Below, piece by piece: positions 28,366-41,910 of a stretch of 64,000 bases of DNA. The position numbers and the translations under genes are program-made. The stretch lies in assembly GCA_964016885.1 (NCBI GenBank), contig OZ024751.1, forward strand, positions 18,352,001 to 18,416,000, in the 5' to 3' direction. The notes beneath the pieces were generated by a model. It was not told the DNA's origin. It ran no database searches and saw nothing but the letters and a program-made list of their open reading frames with translations. Source of the stretch: Eledone cirrhosa. Lineage: Eukaryota. Within the stretch, counting starts at the first letter, position 1. Each line of letters opens with the position of its first letter.

Positions 28366-29084
28366 TACTGTTACACACGCACACTCTCTCCCCTCTCTCT
28401 CACTGTATCACTATTACACTCCATCTCCCATCTTCACCCTCCTCGTTTCACCTATATAAAATATTATTTCTTCAGTTTCTTCTCAGACCGTTCTCGTAAT
28501 ATTTTCTCTTCCATTTTATTTTCTCTAAAATCTTCAAACTTTCATTTCGAAAAAATAATATTATTTACTTATTTATCTATTTATTCTATTTTTTTTCATT
28601 TATATTTCACGATTCCAAATAAAGGAATTTTCTAATTTTTTTTTTTTTTTTTTGCACAATTATTATTATTATTTTTTTTTTTTCTAATTTCGTCACTAAA
28701 TTTCCCTTTACCTTTCTATGTTCTGATTCTTTAAGTCATTCTTGTTATTCTTCTCACATTTCCATCTTCTGTCATTCTTTCTTTCAATCCTTCACTCGTT
28801 GTTATTTTTTTTTATTTCTTTTAATCTATAAGTTTTCCTCCCCCCACCCCCACTCTCCATACACTCAATTGTGGTTTTGTTTTTGTTTTCTTTCGATTTT
28901 GTTTTTGTTTTTGTTTTTGTTTTTGTTTTTGTTCATTCGTTGGTTGAAAAGAAGAAAAAAAAAATGATTCTGCTTTCATCTTCCATTACGTTCTTATCAC
29001 ATTCTATCACATGATGGACTCCATGTAGATCAGGATAGGATATGTTTCCATGTGTGGTAGTGTGTGTGTTCCTATATATATATA

Positions 29085-29102
29085 TGTGTATCTATCTATC
29101 TA

Positions 29103-29179
<77 letters not shown>

Positions 29180-29236
29180 ATGTATATATATATGTATATA
29201 TATATATGTATGTATACATATATGTATATATATATG

Positions 29237-29267
<31 letters not shown>

Positions 29268-29272
29268 GTATG

Positions 29273-29309
<37 letters not shown>

Positions 29310-29363
29310 GTATGTATATATATATATATGTATGTATATATATATATATATGTGTATGTATAT

Positions 29364-29414
<51 letters not shown>

Positions 29415-29623
29415 TATATATATATATGCATATATATATATAAACATATATGCATATATATATATATATATGCATATATATATATATATATATATATATG
29501 CATATATATATATATATATGCATATATATATATATATATATGCATATATATATATATATATATGCACATATATATATATATATATGCATATATATATATA
29601 AATATATATGCATATATATGCAT

Positions 29624-29665
<42 letters not shown>
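29085..29665. repeat. Compound (TA)n microsatellite
   Basis: Directly visible. Confidence 0.95.
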
Positions 29666-29671
<6 letters not shown>

Positions 29672-29822
29672 GCATACATACAGGCGTATGTGAAAAAATT
29701 GAATGCATGAATACAGATATAACCTCAATATACTAACTCTTGCGACACACATACACACAAACTATATATATATATACACATATATACATATATATATATA
29801 TGTATATGTATGTATATATGTC

Positions 29823-29886
<64 letters not shown>

Positions 29887-30114
29887 TATATATGTATATT
29901 TTATGTATTGGAATTATTTTTGCGGAGCGGTTAAGATATAACCTCAAATCGAACGGAGAGTTGGAGAGAGAGGAGAATGAGAGTCTAAAGTATAGAGTGA
30001 GAGAGTGAGAGAAGGGAAGAGGGGGAGAGGAGACAAATGGGGACGAAAACGATGGGGTAGGGCATATGGAGAAAGACGAAGAGATGGATAGAAAGATGGA
30101 GAGAATAAACTATA

Positions 30115-30158
<44 letters not shown>

Positions 30159-30161
<3 letters not shown>

Positions 30162-30340
30162 CTATTTAAATTGTTGGGATACAACAAGCAAATATTTTTA
30201 TAACTGATATAAAGCACTCAACAAATAATTGGAGTAAAAATACGATATTAATAAATGGAAACTATATTTATAAAACCATATTTATTTCATTATACATATT
30301 ACAAGGACTCCAAGTTAAATTGAAATGAAAGCACACCATA
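30159..30340 (-). mobile_element. Family C element, collapsed centre
   Basis: Matches 39465-39630, then flips orientation at GAAATGAAAGCACACC. Confidence 0.7.
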
Positions 30341-30777
30341 TATGCATTAATTAGAACCTTATATGCATTAATTAGAACATAAACAATTAATTCTATACTA
30401 AACCCACTCTGACCTCGAGCTCAAGCAGATTCACAACATAATTCTAGAATCAACCAAAACAACCATACCTTGCTTTACCAGCCATAAATTAAATACACAC
30501 ATATTCTTTAAAACCATACTACCGTCCAGTCAGTAACACAACAGAGATATGCTACAGTTATTTCTCGAAAGATATATATATGTGTGAGTGTGTGTGTCTC
30601 TGTGTGTGTGTGGGGGGGGGGGGGGGTATGTGTGGTGTAAACAAGCCGGAAAGATCGCTCTCTATAGAAAAACCAGTTAAAATTCAATAAGGACTATATT
30701 CAAAACTTTATCAGACTAGACTTGGAAATTCAGGTAGTTTTATGTATATGTGTGTATATATGTGTGTATATATGGAT

Positions 30778-31387
30778 GTCAGGTCACCAGTTGGTGCTAC
30801 TGGTAACATGTATCCCAGTACAACCTGTCTCATGGTCAGGGCGTTGGCGACTAAACTGGCAACCCCACCAATGTTTCTTGGTGAGGTGGGTGACTTTGGA
30901 CATCCTGCAGGACTAAAAACAAAACCTATCAAAGGGCAAAGGAGCTCTTAAGAGTCAATGGCCATCCAAAATCACCGGGAGAGATGACCCCTTAGCCTTT
31001 GTCAAGGCAGAATTCTAGGAGAAGGAAAATTCTGATATAACACCTGCAACCCTGATGGTATCCAATGATGTTGACTTGTTCTTCTTTTTGGTAAATATCA
31101 TCTTGGTTAAGAGAGTGGGACTGGCTTTGTGCAGTGCCTTTGCTCACTATAAAAGCTTCACGGCACAGGCATTGCTTTATATCTGGAGATCTCTCTGCAC
31201 TTGTCATCACATGGTACCATGGGCCCAGCAGTATGTGCCAATAATTGTCACAAGTGTAGTGTTTGTACCAGTGTTTTCAAGTCGCTGGCTGGACTAAGAA
31301 GTCACACTCGTTCAGCGCATCGGTAGGGGTTCTCCTACATGGATATAAAGTAGTGGCCGCACTCGAAAACGAGTTGGCAGCCACCAT
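30778..31387 (+). mobile_element. Family O non-coding retroposon (RTE 5'UTR-like blocks)
   Basis: Closely similar to 46706-47312. Contains TAGGAGAAGGAAAA.TCTGAT. Flanked by a ~35 bp direct repeat (30726-30760 / 31437-31471). Confidence 0.75.
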
Positions 31388-32028
31388 TGTACATGTATGT
31401 ACTTATTTATATTTATATATATATATATATGTATATAAACTCAGGTAGTGTTATGTATATGTGTGTATATACATATGTATGCATGTATGTACGTGTTTGT
31501 GAGTATATGTGTATGTATAAATGTATGTATGTACGTTTGTATGTATGTGTGCGTGTGTGTGTATGTAAGTATGAATGTATGTATGTTAATATATATGTTG
31601 GTATGTATACATTAACGCATTCATATATACATGCATACATGCATACATGCATGTATGTATATACATATATATATATATATAAATGTTTCATAAGTATAGA
31701 TGTATTGTATGTATTTATTGATAAATGTATGTATATAGGCGTGAAGATATATGTGTAGAATCAATGTGATCAATGTGATCAATATGTGGGATCAATGTGA
31801 GCGTTTATGTCTAGCTAAGTATATGTGTGTGTCCATCTATTGGTGTGTTAGTCTGTGTCCCTGTGTGTTTATATATGTGGTTGTATGTGTGTGAAATTAC
31901 ACAGCAATGAATACAAAAGGAAGGAAAGGCAGACAGGGTTCAAATGAAAAATGTTGAAAGGAGGCTCGTGTGAATAGAAGTTATGTTGCATGTTTTTGTG
32001 CTGCACTGTTTATATATGTATCTATTTA

Positions 32029-32198
<170 letters not shown>

Positions 32199-32314
32199 AT
32201 GGCATACTGTTAGCTTCTCGCTACAACAATTTCTATACTTTTCATTTATATATATATATATATCATTGAATGTATACATACATGTATGAATGTATGTACA
32301 TATATATATATATA

Positions 32315-32385
<71 letters not shown>

Positions 32386-32389
<4 letters not shown>

Positions 32390-32512
32390 TAAAATAAAAG
32401 ATTAAAGTTTAAGCAAAGAATCGCTGCTTTCACTCTACGGTTCTTATATATTTGATATATATTTATCCTTATCGAGCACTCTTTGGATTTTAGTCTTAAA
32501 ATTTATTATTAT

Positions 32513-32516
<4 letters not shown>
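32386..32516. mobile_element. Family H element, collapsed
   Basis: Matches both ends of 39873-40095. Confidence 0.7.
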
Positions 32517-32564
<48 letters not shown>

Positions 32565-32565
<1 letters not shown>

Positions 32566-32770
32566 TTTTAATATAGATGAGATTCTACAGGACTAGAACT
32601 GTTTCATTATTTAGAAATCATCAGATTCCACAACCGGACGTTTGTTCATATATTATCAAAGTTCTTTCGTCACACATTCTGTGACCTCTTCAGTGACTGG
32701 GGATTATTTTCTTTGTTGTTGTGCCTCTCTTTTGTGCCTCTCCTTTGTTCTGTCCTACGCCATCTTGTTT
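32565..32770 (-). mobile_element. Fused family A and family L pLTR fragments, two tandem HHR cores
   Basis: A arm 32565-32624 directly abuts L arm 32626-32770 (HHR 32655-32697). Confidence 0.7.
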
Positions 32771-32999
32771 TATATATATATTTTGTAGGTCACGTTTGAG
32801 GTTGCTCGGTCATTGTAAAGTTTCAGCGTACTCTAGGTGGCAATATAGACAATGGTTGTTCCAAGTCCCTTATGTCAATGATAATACCCATGCCACTACC
32901 TTACTCCTATATGGTGGTCACAATGTTGTACCGTCACAGCTGTGACATGCATACATACTTGCTCCTATTATATAAACACAGGAGACATACACACGGTAG

Positions 33000-33327
33000 A
33001 GGAGGTAGTGGTGGAAGTGGGGTGGTGGTCGGTGGTGGTGGTGGTGGTGGTGTTGTTCTTGGTGGTGGCGATGGTGGTGGTGGTGGTGTTGGTGATGTTG
33101 GTGTTGTTGTTGGTGGTGTTGGTGTTGTTGTTGTTGGTGGTGGTGTTGGCGGTGGTGGTAGCGGTGGCGATGGTGGTGTTGTTGTTGGTGGTGGTGTTGT
33201 TTTTCTTGTTGTTGCTGGTGGTGGTGGCGGTGGCGATGGTGGTGTTGTTGTTGTTGGTGGTGTTGTTGTTGTTATTGTTGGTGGTGGTGGTTGTGCTGGT
33301 GTTGGTGTTGGTGTTGTTGTTGTTGTT
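33000..33327. repeat. (GGT/GTT)n microsatellite
   Basis: Directly visible. Confidence 0.9.
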
Positions 33328-33399
33328 CGTGCAAGATCAGATGAAGAATGACTTTATGTTCCACCTGGTTCGGATTTAAATCTTCACATTTATTATTAT

Positions 33400-33435
<36 letters not shown>

Positions 33436-33438
<3 letters not shown>

Positions 33439-33591
33439 CTTCTGCAGGACTAGAACTGTTTCATTCTTGAGAAATCATCAGGAATGAAACAGTTCTAGTC
33501 CTGTAGAAGCTCTTATATATTAAACATGTATACTCTGCTTTGTATTGAGTACCTTACTTACTGTGGTTACCTCCGATTCAATCCGGAATAA

Positions 33592-33593
<2 letters not shown>
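33436..33593. mobile_element. Family A palindromic element
   Basis: Minus core intact, plus arm starts within stem II and runs to the family 3' end and (TA)n. Confidence 0.8.
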
Positions 33594-33626
<33 letters not shown>

Positions 33627-33628
<2 letters not shown>

Positions 33629-33815
33629 CGAAGGAAATGTGGTAAGGAACCAGATGGACCATAACGCACCAAAGTACTCAATGCTTAGGGTAGTAGAGTG
33701 GGTAATAGGAACAAGTAAGACCCCGACGGCTGAGCTCAAGCCGTTTCGACGGCTAATTCTGTACTGAATTAGCCGTCGAAACGGCTTGAGCTCAGCCGTC
33801 GGGGTCTTACTTGTT

Positions 33816-33819
<4 letters not shown>
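33627..33819. mobile_element. Family J palindromic element
   Basis: Near-perfect ~55 bp arms centred on GTAC. Confidence 0.85.
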
Positions 33820-33852
<33 letters not shown>

Positions 33853-34148
33853 AAATGTTATTGTTTGCTTGAAGCATTTTATGTAATATGTAACTAACGA
33901 TGAAAGAGATAGAAGGCTTGACAATGCAAAATGGACTGTAAGATGTATGTATGTATGTATGTATGTATGTATGTATGTATGTATGGATGGATGGATGTAT
34001 ATATGGATGGATGGATGGATGGCTTCTGCCAGTGAATGTTTTGTTTGCCAACTCTGTGCAAGACATTGGCTCGATTAAACAGCCACATTCAATCGCAGCA
34101 CCGTTAATTGTCGTTATATATGTGTGTATATGTATATATAGATATGTA

Positions 34149-34189
<41 letters not shown>

Positions 34190-34193
<4 letters not shown>

Positions 34194-34380
34194 AAGGAAA
34201 TGTGGTAAGGAACCAGGTGGACCATAACTTAGTGTAGTAGAGTGGGTAATAGGAAAGAATAGGACCCCGACGGCTGAGCTCAAGCCGTTTCTACGGCTAA
34301 TTCTGGACTCAATAAGTTTTAGTCCAGAATTAGCCGTCGAAACGGCTTGAGCTCAGCCGTCGGGGTCCTACTCGTTCCTA
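34190..34380. mobile_element. Family J palindromic element
   Basis: Inverted arms, (TA)n flanks. Confidence 0.8.
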
Positions 34381-34725
34381 TATATATATAATAATAATTA
34401 TTATTATTATTATTTTTATTATTATTATTATTATTGTCGTTATTATTAGATTTTTGTTCTTGCAATGGCCATACTCGACAACGAGGGGACAGCCATCATG
34501 TATGCATGTATAGACAACGATTGCAGACTGGATTTGGAGTGCAGATTGAATAAAGCAAAATAATATTTTGAAGGGAAGTTAATAAAGAAGAGAACAAGAT
34601 AAAACAAAAAGAAAGACAGGAAAAAAAATGAAAGAAAAAGGTGGAAGAAAGCGGAGACGGAAGCGAGTGAGAAAGAAAGTGAAGGGGAGAGAGCGAGAGA
34701 AAGAAAGTGAAGGGGAGAGAGAGAG

Positions 34726-34791
<66 letters not shown>

Positions 34792-34900
34792 AAAGAAAGT
34801 GAAGGGGAGAGAGCGAAAGAAAGAAAATGAAGGGGGGAGAGAAAGAGAGAGAGAAAGAAAGAAAGTGAAGGAGGGAGATCGAGAGAGAGAGAGAAGGGGA

Positions 34901-34957
<57 letters not shown>

Positions 34958-35304
34958 TATTACAAGAGAGGTTGCAAGAACTAGGGAATATAAACAAAGG
35001 GAGAAATAGTTAACGATGAATAGGGAGACTGAGTTAATGAATACCGGGAAATGTAATTAGAACGAAGAGGACATAATGACAAAATATAGTAATTAAATCC
35101 GAGGGGCGTTGTGGGTAAAGAGAGAAACATAAGGAAATCGAAAAGCCTGTTACATGTTCCTTTATCTTTTACTGTGTTAGACCTTAAATTGCACCATCAC
35201 ACAGACAGACACACACATACCCACACACACATATATATATATATATACATGTATATAAATATATATGTGTGTGTGTGTGCGTGTGTGCGTATATATATAT
35301 ATAC

Positions 35305-35430
35305 ATAAAACTGATCTATATTATATTTTATCTGATGAAAGCACACCATAATTTAACTTGGTGTCCTTGAAATATGTATAATGAAATAAATATGGTTTTA
35401 TAAATATAGTTTCCATTTGTTAATATATCG
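35305..35430 (+). mobile_element. Family C solo arm with HHR
   Basis: TATTTTAT-CTGATGA-AAGCACACC...GGTGTCCTT-GAAATATGTATA-ATGAAATA. Confidence 0.75.
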
Positions 35431-35448
35431 TATATATATACATATATA

Positions 35449-35748
35449 TTTTGAGTATATGTTGGTTGTTAACCGACACCTAAGTATGCAGATTGGAGCA
35501 CTCGACGAAGTGCGCAGGTCGGTTTGGTTACTCCGGAGTAATTTAAAATAAAATAAATAAGTCAAATATTTTAAATTTGGCTTCGTTTGTTACTGCTATA
35601 TATATTTCGGTGACAGCCATCTTTGGCTGTGACCTCTTCGCGCAGTCCGAATTGGTGTGGTAGAGACGGGTACATATGTTGTTGAGGTGTTTAACTTCGT
35701 CAATACTCTGCTATGCCCAGTTCCTGGTTGGGTTGTTATTTCTCTGAG
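35449..35748. mobile_element. Family K element with internal inversion
   Basis: 5' part on plus (35449-35541), 3' part on minus (35586-35748) with HHR fold at 35592-35646 (core mutated to GCGAAGA). Confidence 0.7.
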
Positions 35749-35960
35749 GAACTGAAATCATATGAATTCGAACAAACGAATTTCAGCGTCAAAGAATACC
35801 CCTTCCTCCCATTGGTCAGTTGTGAGAACATTCCTTAGTCAAAAGTCTATAGAAATTCATTCTGAGGCGAAGCAACCTGTAGTGGTTGTTTTTTTTATTG
35901 TTAAGTACATCTGACATCTTCCCTTATGTTGGTAGTGGTGTTGGCGTTGAGGTCAGCTTA

Positions 35961-36088
35961 AGAAAGGAAGTGTGGTAAAATACCAGGTGGACCATAACGC
36001 ACTGAGTACTCGATACTTAGGGTAAGCTGGCTTAGTTCGGATCTAGCTGTCGAAACGGCCGGAGCTCTGCCGTCGGGGTCCTGACTCT

Positions 36089-36092
<4 letters not shown>
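35961..36092. mobile_element. Family J inverted element
   Basis: Same layout as 23433-23593. Confidence 0.75.
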
Positions 36093-36124
<32 letters not shown>

Positions 36125-36163
36125 AAACCTCAAAGTTAATTCTTTCTTGAGTTTTATAAATAT

Positions 36164-36345
36164 AATTGTTTCTGCTTTTGGCACACGGCCAGCAATTACC
36201 CAGTACATTACTGGTACTTTATTTTATCGACCCCGTAAGGATGAAAGGCAAAGTTGACCTCGGCGTTATTTGAACTCAGAATGGAAAGGGCCGTAACTTT
36301 ATGCGTCAAAACATGACGTCCGACCCTCTACCGATACTGCCAATT
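36164..36345 (-). mobile_element. Nin-domain SINE
   Basis: Core and head present. Confidence 0.85.
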
Positions 36346-36437
36346 CACATATAATGATGCCTGTAAGTATATATTTGTGTATGCTCTTATCTTTCTTCTA
36401 TCAATGTCTGTGTAGGTATATTTTTATATATATATAA

Positions 36438-36620
36438 GTTATTACGGGTTGAATCGAAGGTAACCACAGTAAGTAAGGTACTCAATACATAGCAGAGTAT
36501 AAATGTTTTAATATAGAAGAGCTTCTACAGGATTGTTTCATTCGTGAGAAATCATCAGAAAGCTTCCTGATGATTTCTCACGAATGAAACAGTTCTAGTC
36601 CTGTAGAAGCTCTTCTATAT
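36438..36620. mobile_element. Family A palindromic HHR element
   Basis: Long minus arm plus short plus arm, (TA)n flanks. Confidence 0.85.
36561..36611 (+). ncRNA. Type I hammerhead (family A), intact
   Basis: AGCTTC-CTGATGA-T.TTC(TCAC)GAA.T-GAA-ACAG(TTCTAGTC)CTGT-A^GAAGCT. Confidence 0.8.
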
Positions 36621-36642
36621 ATATATATATATATATATATAG

Positions 36643-36853
36643 GAGACGATCGACTTTCGTCAAATCGGACCGAAGGAAGAGTGTTTCCGTTGGTCTTTCC
36701 AATTGCTTATACTATCTGTCGGTCGCAACTCCAGGTAGAAGGAGCAACGTGAAAATAAAGTGTCTTGCTCAAGGACATAACGCATCGCCTGGTCCAGGAA
36801 TCGAACTCACAACCTTACGATTGCGAATCCAATTCTCTAACCACTCAGCCACA
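36643..36853 (-). mobile_element. tRNA-derived SINE (second family)
   Basis: Reverse complement of 50263-50478. A box TGGCTGAGTGG, B box GTTCGATTCC. Confidence 0.85.
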
Positions 36854-36860
36854 TATATAT

Positions 36861-37051
36861 AACGGAGGAAATATGGCAAGGAACCAGATGGACCATAACG
36901 CACCAAAGTACTCAATACTTAGGGTAGTAGAGTGGGTAATAGGAACAAGTATGACCTCGACGGCAGAGCTCAAGCCGTTTCGACGGCTAATTCTGGACTA
37001 AATAAGAATTTTTAAAAAATTCTTATTTAGTCCAGGGGTCATACTTGTTCC

Positions 37052-37054
<3 letters not shown>
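36861..37054. mobile_element. Family J inverted element
   Basis: Longest upstream extension. Hairpin CTGGACTAAATAAGAATTTTT/AAAAATTCTTATTTAGTCCAG. Confidence 0.8.
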
Positions 37055-37093
<39 letters not shown>

Positions 37094-37479
37094 AGTCTTG
37101 TGAGTTTATGCAAGTATATATTAGTGTTAGAATTATACTGAACAGCAGTAAAATAAGAAAAAAACCCTGGGATGAAACGGGTATTAAATCTGGCGTCGTG
37201 AAACACTGATAGACTCGCATAACCTTGGAAACATAACATAGTCACCATACATTTACATATGTGCAAGATTACATAATCTCACAGATTCAGATGGATGCAT
37301 ACACTCACGCTCATATGCATAGACACACACACATTTGTCCATACACATACGCCCGCACACATATGTGTACATACTTACACAAACATACATGTAATTCTAA
37401 CCATGCTTCATCTACATATGTATAAACGAGATAAGTGACTACGTATGGAGAGATTTGTTCGTATAGATATAGATATATG

Positions 37480-37563
<84 letters not shown>

Positions 37564-37641
37564 CGTGTGTGTGTGTGTAGAGGGAGAAATAGATAGAGAC
37601 AGAGACATTTATATATATATATATATATGAATGTATATATA

Positions 37642-37900
37642 TATAAGGAAAAGAAATCGAAAAAAAAATGCAATTGGAGTCTTTTTAAGAATGTGTATTT
37701 GTTTTCTTTACCGGTTTCACAGTTCTTATGCTTTTCAAAAGTAGAACTGAGATGGAGGGTTTGTGCTTTCTCGAGAAAAACCACAAAGCCTCCATTTCAA
37801 TTCTATTTTTGAAAAGCATAAGAACTGTGAAACCGGTAAAGGGAACAAATATATATTCTTAAAAATACTCCAGTTGCATTTTCGATTTCTTTTCCTTATA
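37642..37900. mobile_element. Family G palindrome with variant HHR-like motif
   Basis: ~125 bp imperfect arms centred on CTCGAG. TTGAAAA-GCA(TAAGAAC)TGT-GAAAC-CG-GTA in both arms. Confidence 0.65.
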
Positions 37901-37979
37901 CTTTCACTCGTGTAGGACATCTCATTTTTATAATTTTAAAAACAAACCACATTTTGTATATATATATATATATATATAT

Positions 37980-38478
37980 AACCAAAGATTAATATGGTTC
38001 GTTGATTACGCAATGAATACAATTTTACAATAGATTAAAAGCACTCAACAGTAGAAAAGGTTTTCCTGGATTTTTTTATATTATTCAAAATATTAACAAA
38101 TGAAAGATATTCACATAATCAAAATATATGCTTTATTATATATATTTCAAAGATACTGTGTTGTTTTTTTTCAGTACGTCTTCATCAGATAAAATATATA
38201 TGATATATGACATACCGCTACGGTCTTGATTATACAATTCCAGTATTGGTAGTACTGCCAATACTGGAATTGTATACTCAAGACGTACTGAAAAAACAAC
38301 AACACAGTACCTTTGAAATATATATAATAAAGCATATATTTTTATAATGTGAATATCTTTCATTTGTTAATATTTTGAATTATATTAAAAATTCCAGGAA
38401 AACTTTTTTGTTGAGTGCTTTTAATCTATTGTAAAATTGTATTCATTGAGTAGTCAACGAACCATATTAATCTTTGGT

Positions 38479-38479
<1 letters not shown>
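37980..38479. mobile_element. Family E 500-bp palindromic HHR element
   Basis: Terminal arms of ~200 bp and central hairpin on AGTACT. Minus HHR at 38129-38196: TATTTTAT-CTGATGA-AGACGTACTG...CAGTATCTTT-GAAATATATATA-ATAAAGCA. Confidence 0.8.
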
Positions 38480-38516
<37 letters not shown>

Positions 38517-38521
38517 AGAGA

Positions 38522-38555
<34 letters not shown>

Positions 38556-38579
38556 GTTATATTTAATATCAAGGAAGCT

Positions 38580-38745
38580 CCAACCGTTAAGGTTGTCTTT
38601 TTTTCCGAGTATGTCAATATTTATTTATGAAACAAATCTGTATTTTATCTGATGAAAGCGCACCATAATTTGCCTTGGTTGCCCTTGAAATATGTATAAT
38701 AAAATAAATATGGTTTTATAAATATAGTTTCCATTTATTAATATA

Positions 38746-38746
<1 letters not shown>
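38580..38746 (+). mobile_element. Family C solo arm
   Basis: Homologous to the right arm of 48645-48974. Confidence 0.8.
38641..38706 (+). ncRNA. Type I hammerhead (family C)
   Basis: TATTTTAT-CTGATGA-AAG.C.GCACC(...)GGTTGC.C.CTT-GAA-ATATGTAT-A^ATAAAATA. 8-bp stem I, near-palindromic stem III. Confidence 0.78.
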
Positions 38747-38806
<60 letters not shown>

Positions 38807-38807
38807 T

Positions 38808-38936
<129 letters not shown>

Positions 38937-39320
38937 CATATATATATATATATATATACATACATATATACTCATACACACTTAAATAAATACAGACGCG
39001 CACACAATCACACACATATATGCAATTGTATTCACGCTTCATCTGCATATGTATAAGCGAGATGAGTGACTAGGCATGGAGGTGTGTGTGTGTGGGGGGG
39101 GGGGGGTTCTCTGGTCATGGAACTGTCACTCACAAGGTATTGGTCAACCCGCATCTACACTAACGACACTTGGTGCGCTGCGGGAACAACGACTCGGAAA
39201 CCTGGTAAGATCTCACAAAAGGCAAAGTGAACTTGTTAACCGTGCGGATTATGTTATTCATATTCACAGACAGATACACGTATGTATGTATGATGTATGT
39301 ATGTAATGTATGTATGTATA

Positions 39321-39356
<36 letters not shown>

Positions 39357-39369
39357 CATATATTTATAT

Positions 39370-39461
<92 letters not shown>

Positions 39462-39464
39462 AAA

Positions 39465-39860
39465 AGTTCTATTTAAATTGTTGGGATACAACAAGCAAAT
39501 ATTTGTATAACTGATATAAAGCACTCAACAGTTATTTGGAGTAAAAATACGATATTAACAAATGGAAACTATATTTATAAAACCATATTTATTTTATTAT
39601 ACATATTTCAAGGACACCAAGTTAAATTATGGTGTGCTTCTCATCAGATAAAATATAATATAGATCAGTTTTATAAATAAATATTGACATACCCTTAAAG
39701 AATGCAACCATTACTGTTGGAAGCTCCCTGGAGCTTCCAACAGAATCGCATTCTTTAAGGGTATGTCAATATTTATTTATAAAACTGATCTATATTATAT
39801 TTTATCTGATGAAAGCACACCATAATTTAACTTGGTGTCCTTGAAATATGTATAATAAAT
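39465..39860. mobile_element. Family C palindromic HHR element
   Basis: Arms meet at GGAAGCTCC-CT-GGAGCTTCC (~39728). One HHR core on each strand. Confidence 0.85.
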
Positions 39861-39872
39861 ATAATAATATAT

Positions 39873-40095
39873 ATATTTATTAAAATAACAGATTAAAGTT
39901 TAAGCAAAGAATCGCTGCTTTCACCCTTAACGGGATCTTCTGAAACTCCCGTTAAGGGTGAAAGCAGCGATACTTTGCTTAAACTTTAATCTGTTATTTT
40001 AATAAATATTTGCTCTACGGTTCTTATATATTTAATATATATTCATCCTTATCGAGCCCTCTTTGGATTTTAGTCTTCACATTTATTATTATTAC
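39873..40095. mobile_element. Family H palindromic element
   Basis: ~62 bp arms (39873-40009). HHR-like GAAGA-T.CCC(GTTAA)GGG.T-GAAA. Confidence 0.7.
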
Positions 40096-40125
40096 TATAT
40101 ATATATATATTTATTTATATATATA

Positions 40126-40210
<85 letters not shown>

Positions 40211-40448
40211 TTTTAGATAAATATATATACATACACACATATGCACATACACACATGCATGCGTCCATACATACATATACACGTACATATGTGTAAATAG
40301 TCAGATGAATACAACTATCGATATCGATACACACACTTACATATACACATATATACACTCATACATGCATGCAACAATAACCAAAGCATCAGCAGCATCA
40401 TCATCAGCAACAAAACTCAACTATACATGACCAAGTCCTGCAAAAACA

Positions 40449-41215
40449 ATGACAGATGAATGCAACAACTATGACAACAATAACAACAACGACAACAGCA
40501 TCAACAACAACAATGACAACCACAGCGATAATAATAACAATAACAACAAGCACAATAGCAACAGTAACAACAACAACAACAATAATAATAACAACAATAA
40601 CAACAACAACAAGAACAACAACAATGACAACAACCACAATAGCAACAGTAAAAACAACAACAAGAACAACGACAATGAAAACCCCAGGAATAATAATAAC
40701 AACAATAACAACAACCACAATAACAACAATAAACACAATAGCAACCATAGCAACAACACTAATGACAACCACAGCGAGAATAACAACAATAACAACAACA
40801 ACAACAATAGCAACAACAACAATAATAACAGCCACAGCAATAATATTTGTTCTTACTTTCGGCACAAGGCCAGCAATTATCCCAGTGTATTACTGGTACT
40901 TTATTTTATCGACCCCTTAAGGATGAAAGGCGAAGTTAACCTCGGCCGGATTTGAACTCAGACCATAAAGGGCCGTAACTCTTTGCTGCAAAACATGGCG
41001 TACGACCCTCTACCTATACTGCCAACCCACCGCCCTTATCAACAGCAATAATAATAATAATAACAATAACAACAACGACAACAGCAACAAAAACAACAAC
41101 AATGACAACCACAGCAACAATAATAACCATAACAACAACGACAATAGCAACAACAACAACTACAATAATAACAACCACAGCAGTAATAATGATAATAAAA
41201 ATAACAACAGCAGTA
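40449..41215. repeat. (AAC/AAT)n microsatellite containing a SINE
   Basis: Directly visible. Confidence 0.9.
40846..41035 (-). mobile_element. Nin-domain SINE, full length
   Basis: Head to tail present. Confidence 0.85.
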
Positions 41216-41724
41216 AGAACAATGGCGGTAAAAACAATGCAGGCTGGTACGGGGTCATTATGGACGAATTGTGAACACTGAAGATCTGGAAAGAACAGAA
41301 AAAGACAGATGTTACAATGGTGAATTTGTTCTCACAGAAATCAATGGAATGTTTGACTTCGCATCAACACTGGATACATCAAACTAGTAACAGCTACTAT
41401 CCACATCGTCACTTTTCTATTGTTATCAGTCTGAGGTGTGTACTTCATTAATGGTGCATTGCTCAACCGATTCTTTGAACAACTGTCAACTTACTTTTCT
41501 CTCTCACCCATTCTCCTTTGCATACTCTCTTTTTCCGTCTCTTTCCTTCTCTCTTTTATTCTTGTCTCTCACTTTCTTTTTGTCTTTCTTTTTGTCTTTC
41601 TTTTTGTCTTTCTTTTGTTCTCTATTAGTACTTGTATGCACGAATATATATATGTATGTCTTAAATCTATCGAACTAACTATCTATTTATCTATCTATCT
41701 ATCTTTCGATCTACCCATATATAC

Positions 41725-41786
<62 letters not shown>

Positions 41787-41787
<1 letters not shown>

Positions 41788-41910
41788 GGATTCAATTGGA
41801 GGTAACCACAGCAAATAAGGTACTCAATACAAACCAGAATATAAATATTTAATGTAGAAATGGCTTCTTCGAATGAAACAGCTCTAGTCCTGTAGAAGCC
41901 ATTTCTATAT

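Noticed and set aside
37160-37215. CTGGGATGA...GAAAC hammerhead candidate
   Set aside because: The core is interrupted and stems I and III do not pair.
39110-39250. Hammerhead-like GAAACCTGGTA
   Set aside because: No valid core, and the region looks like a decayed SINE related to 18650-18800.
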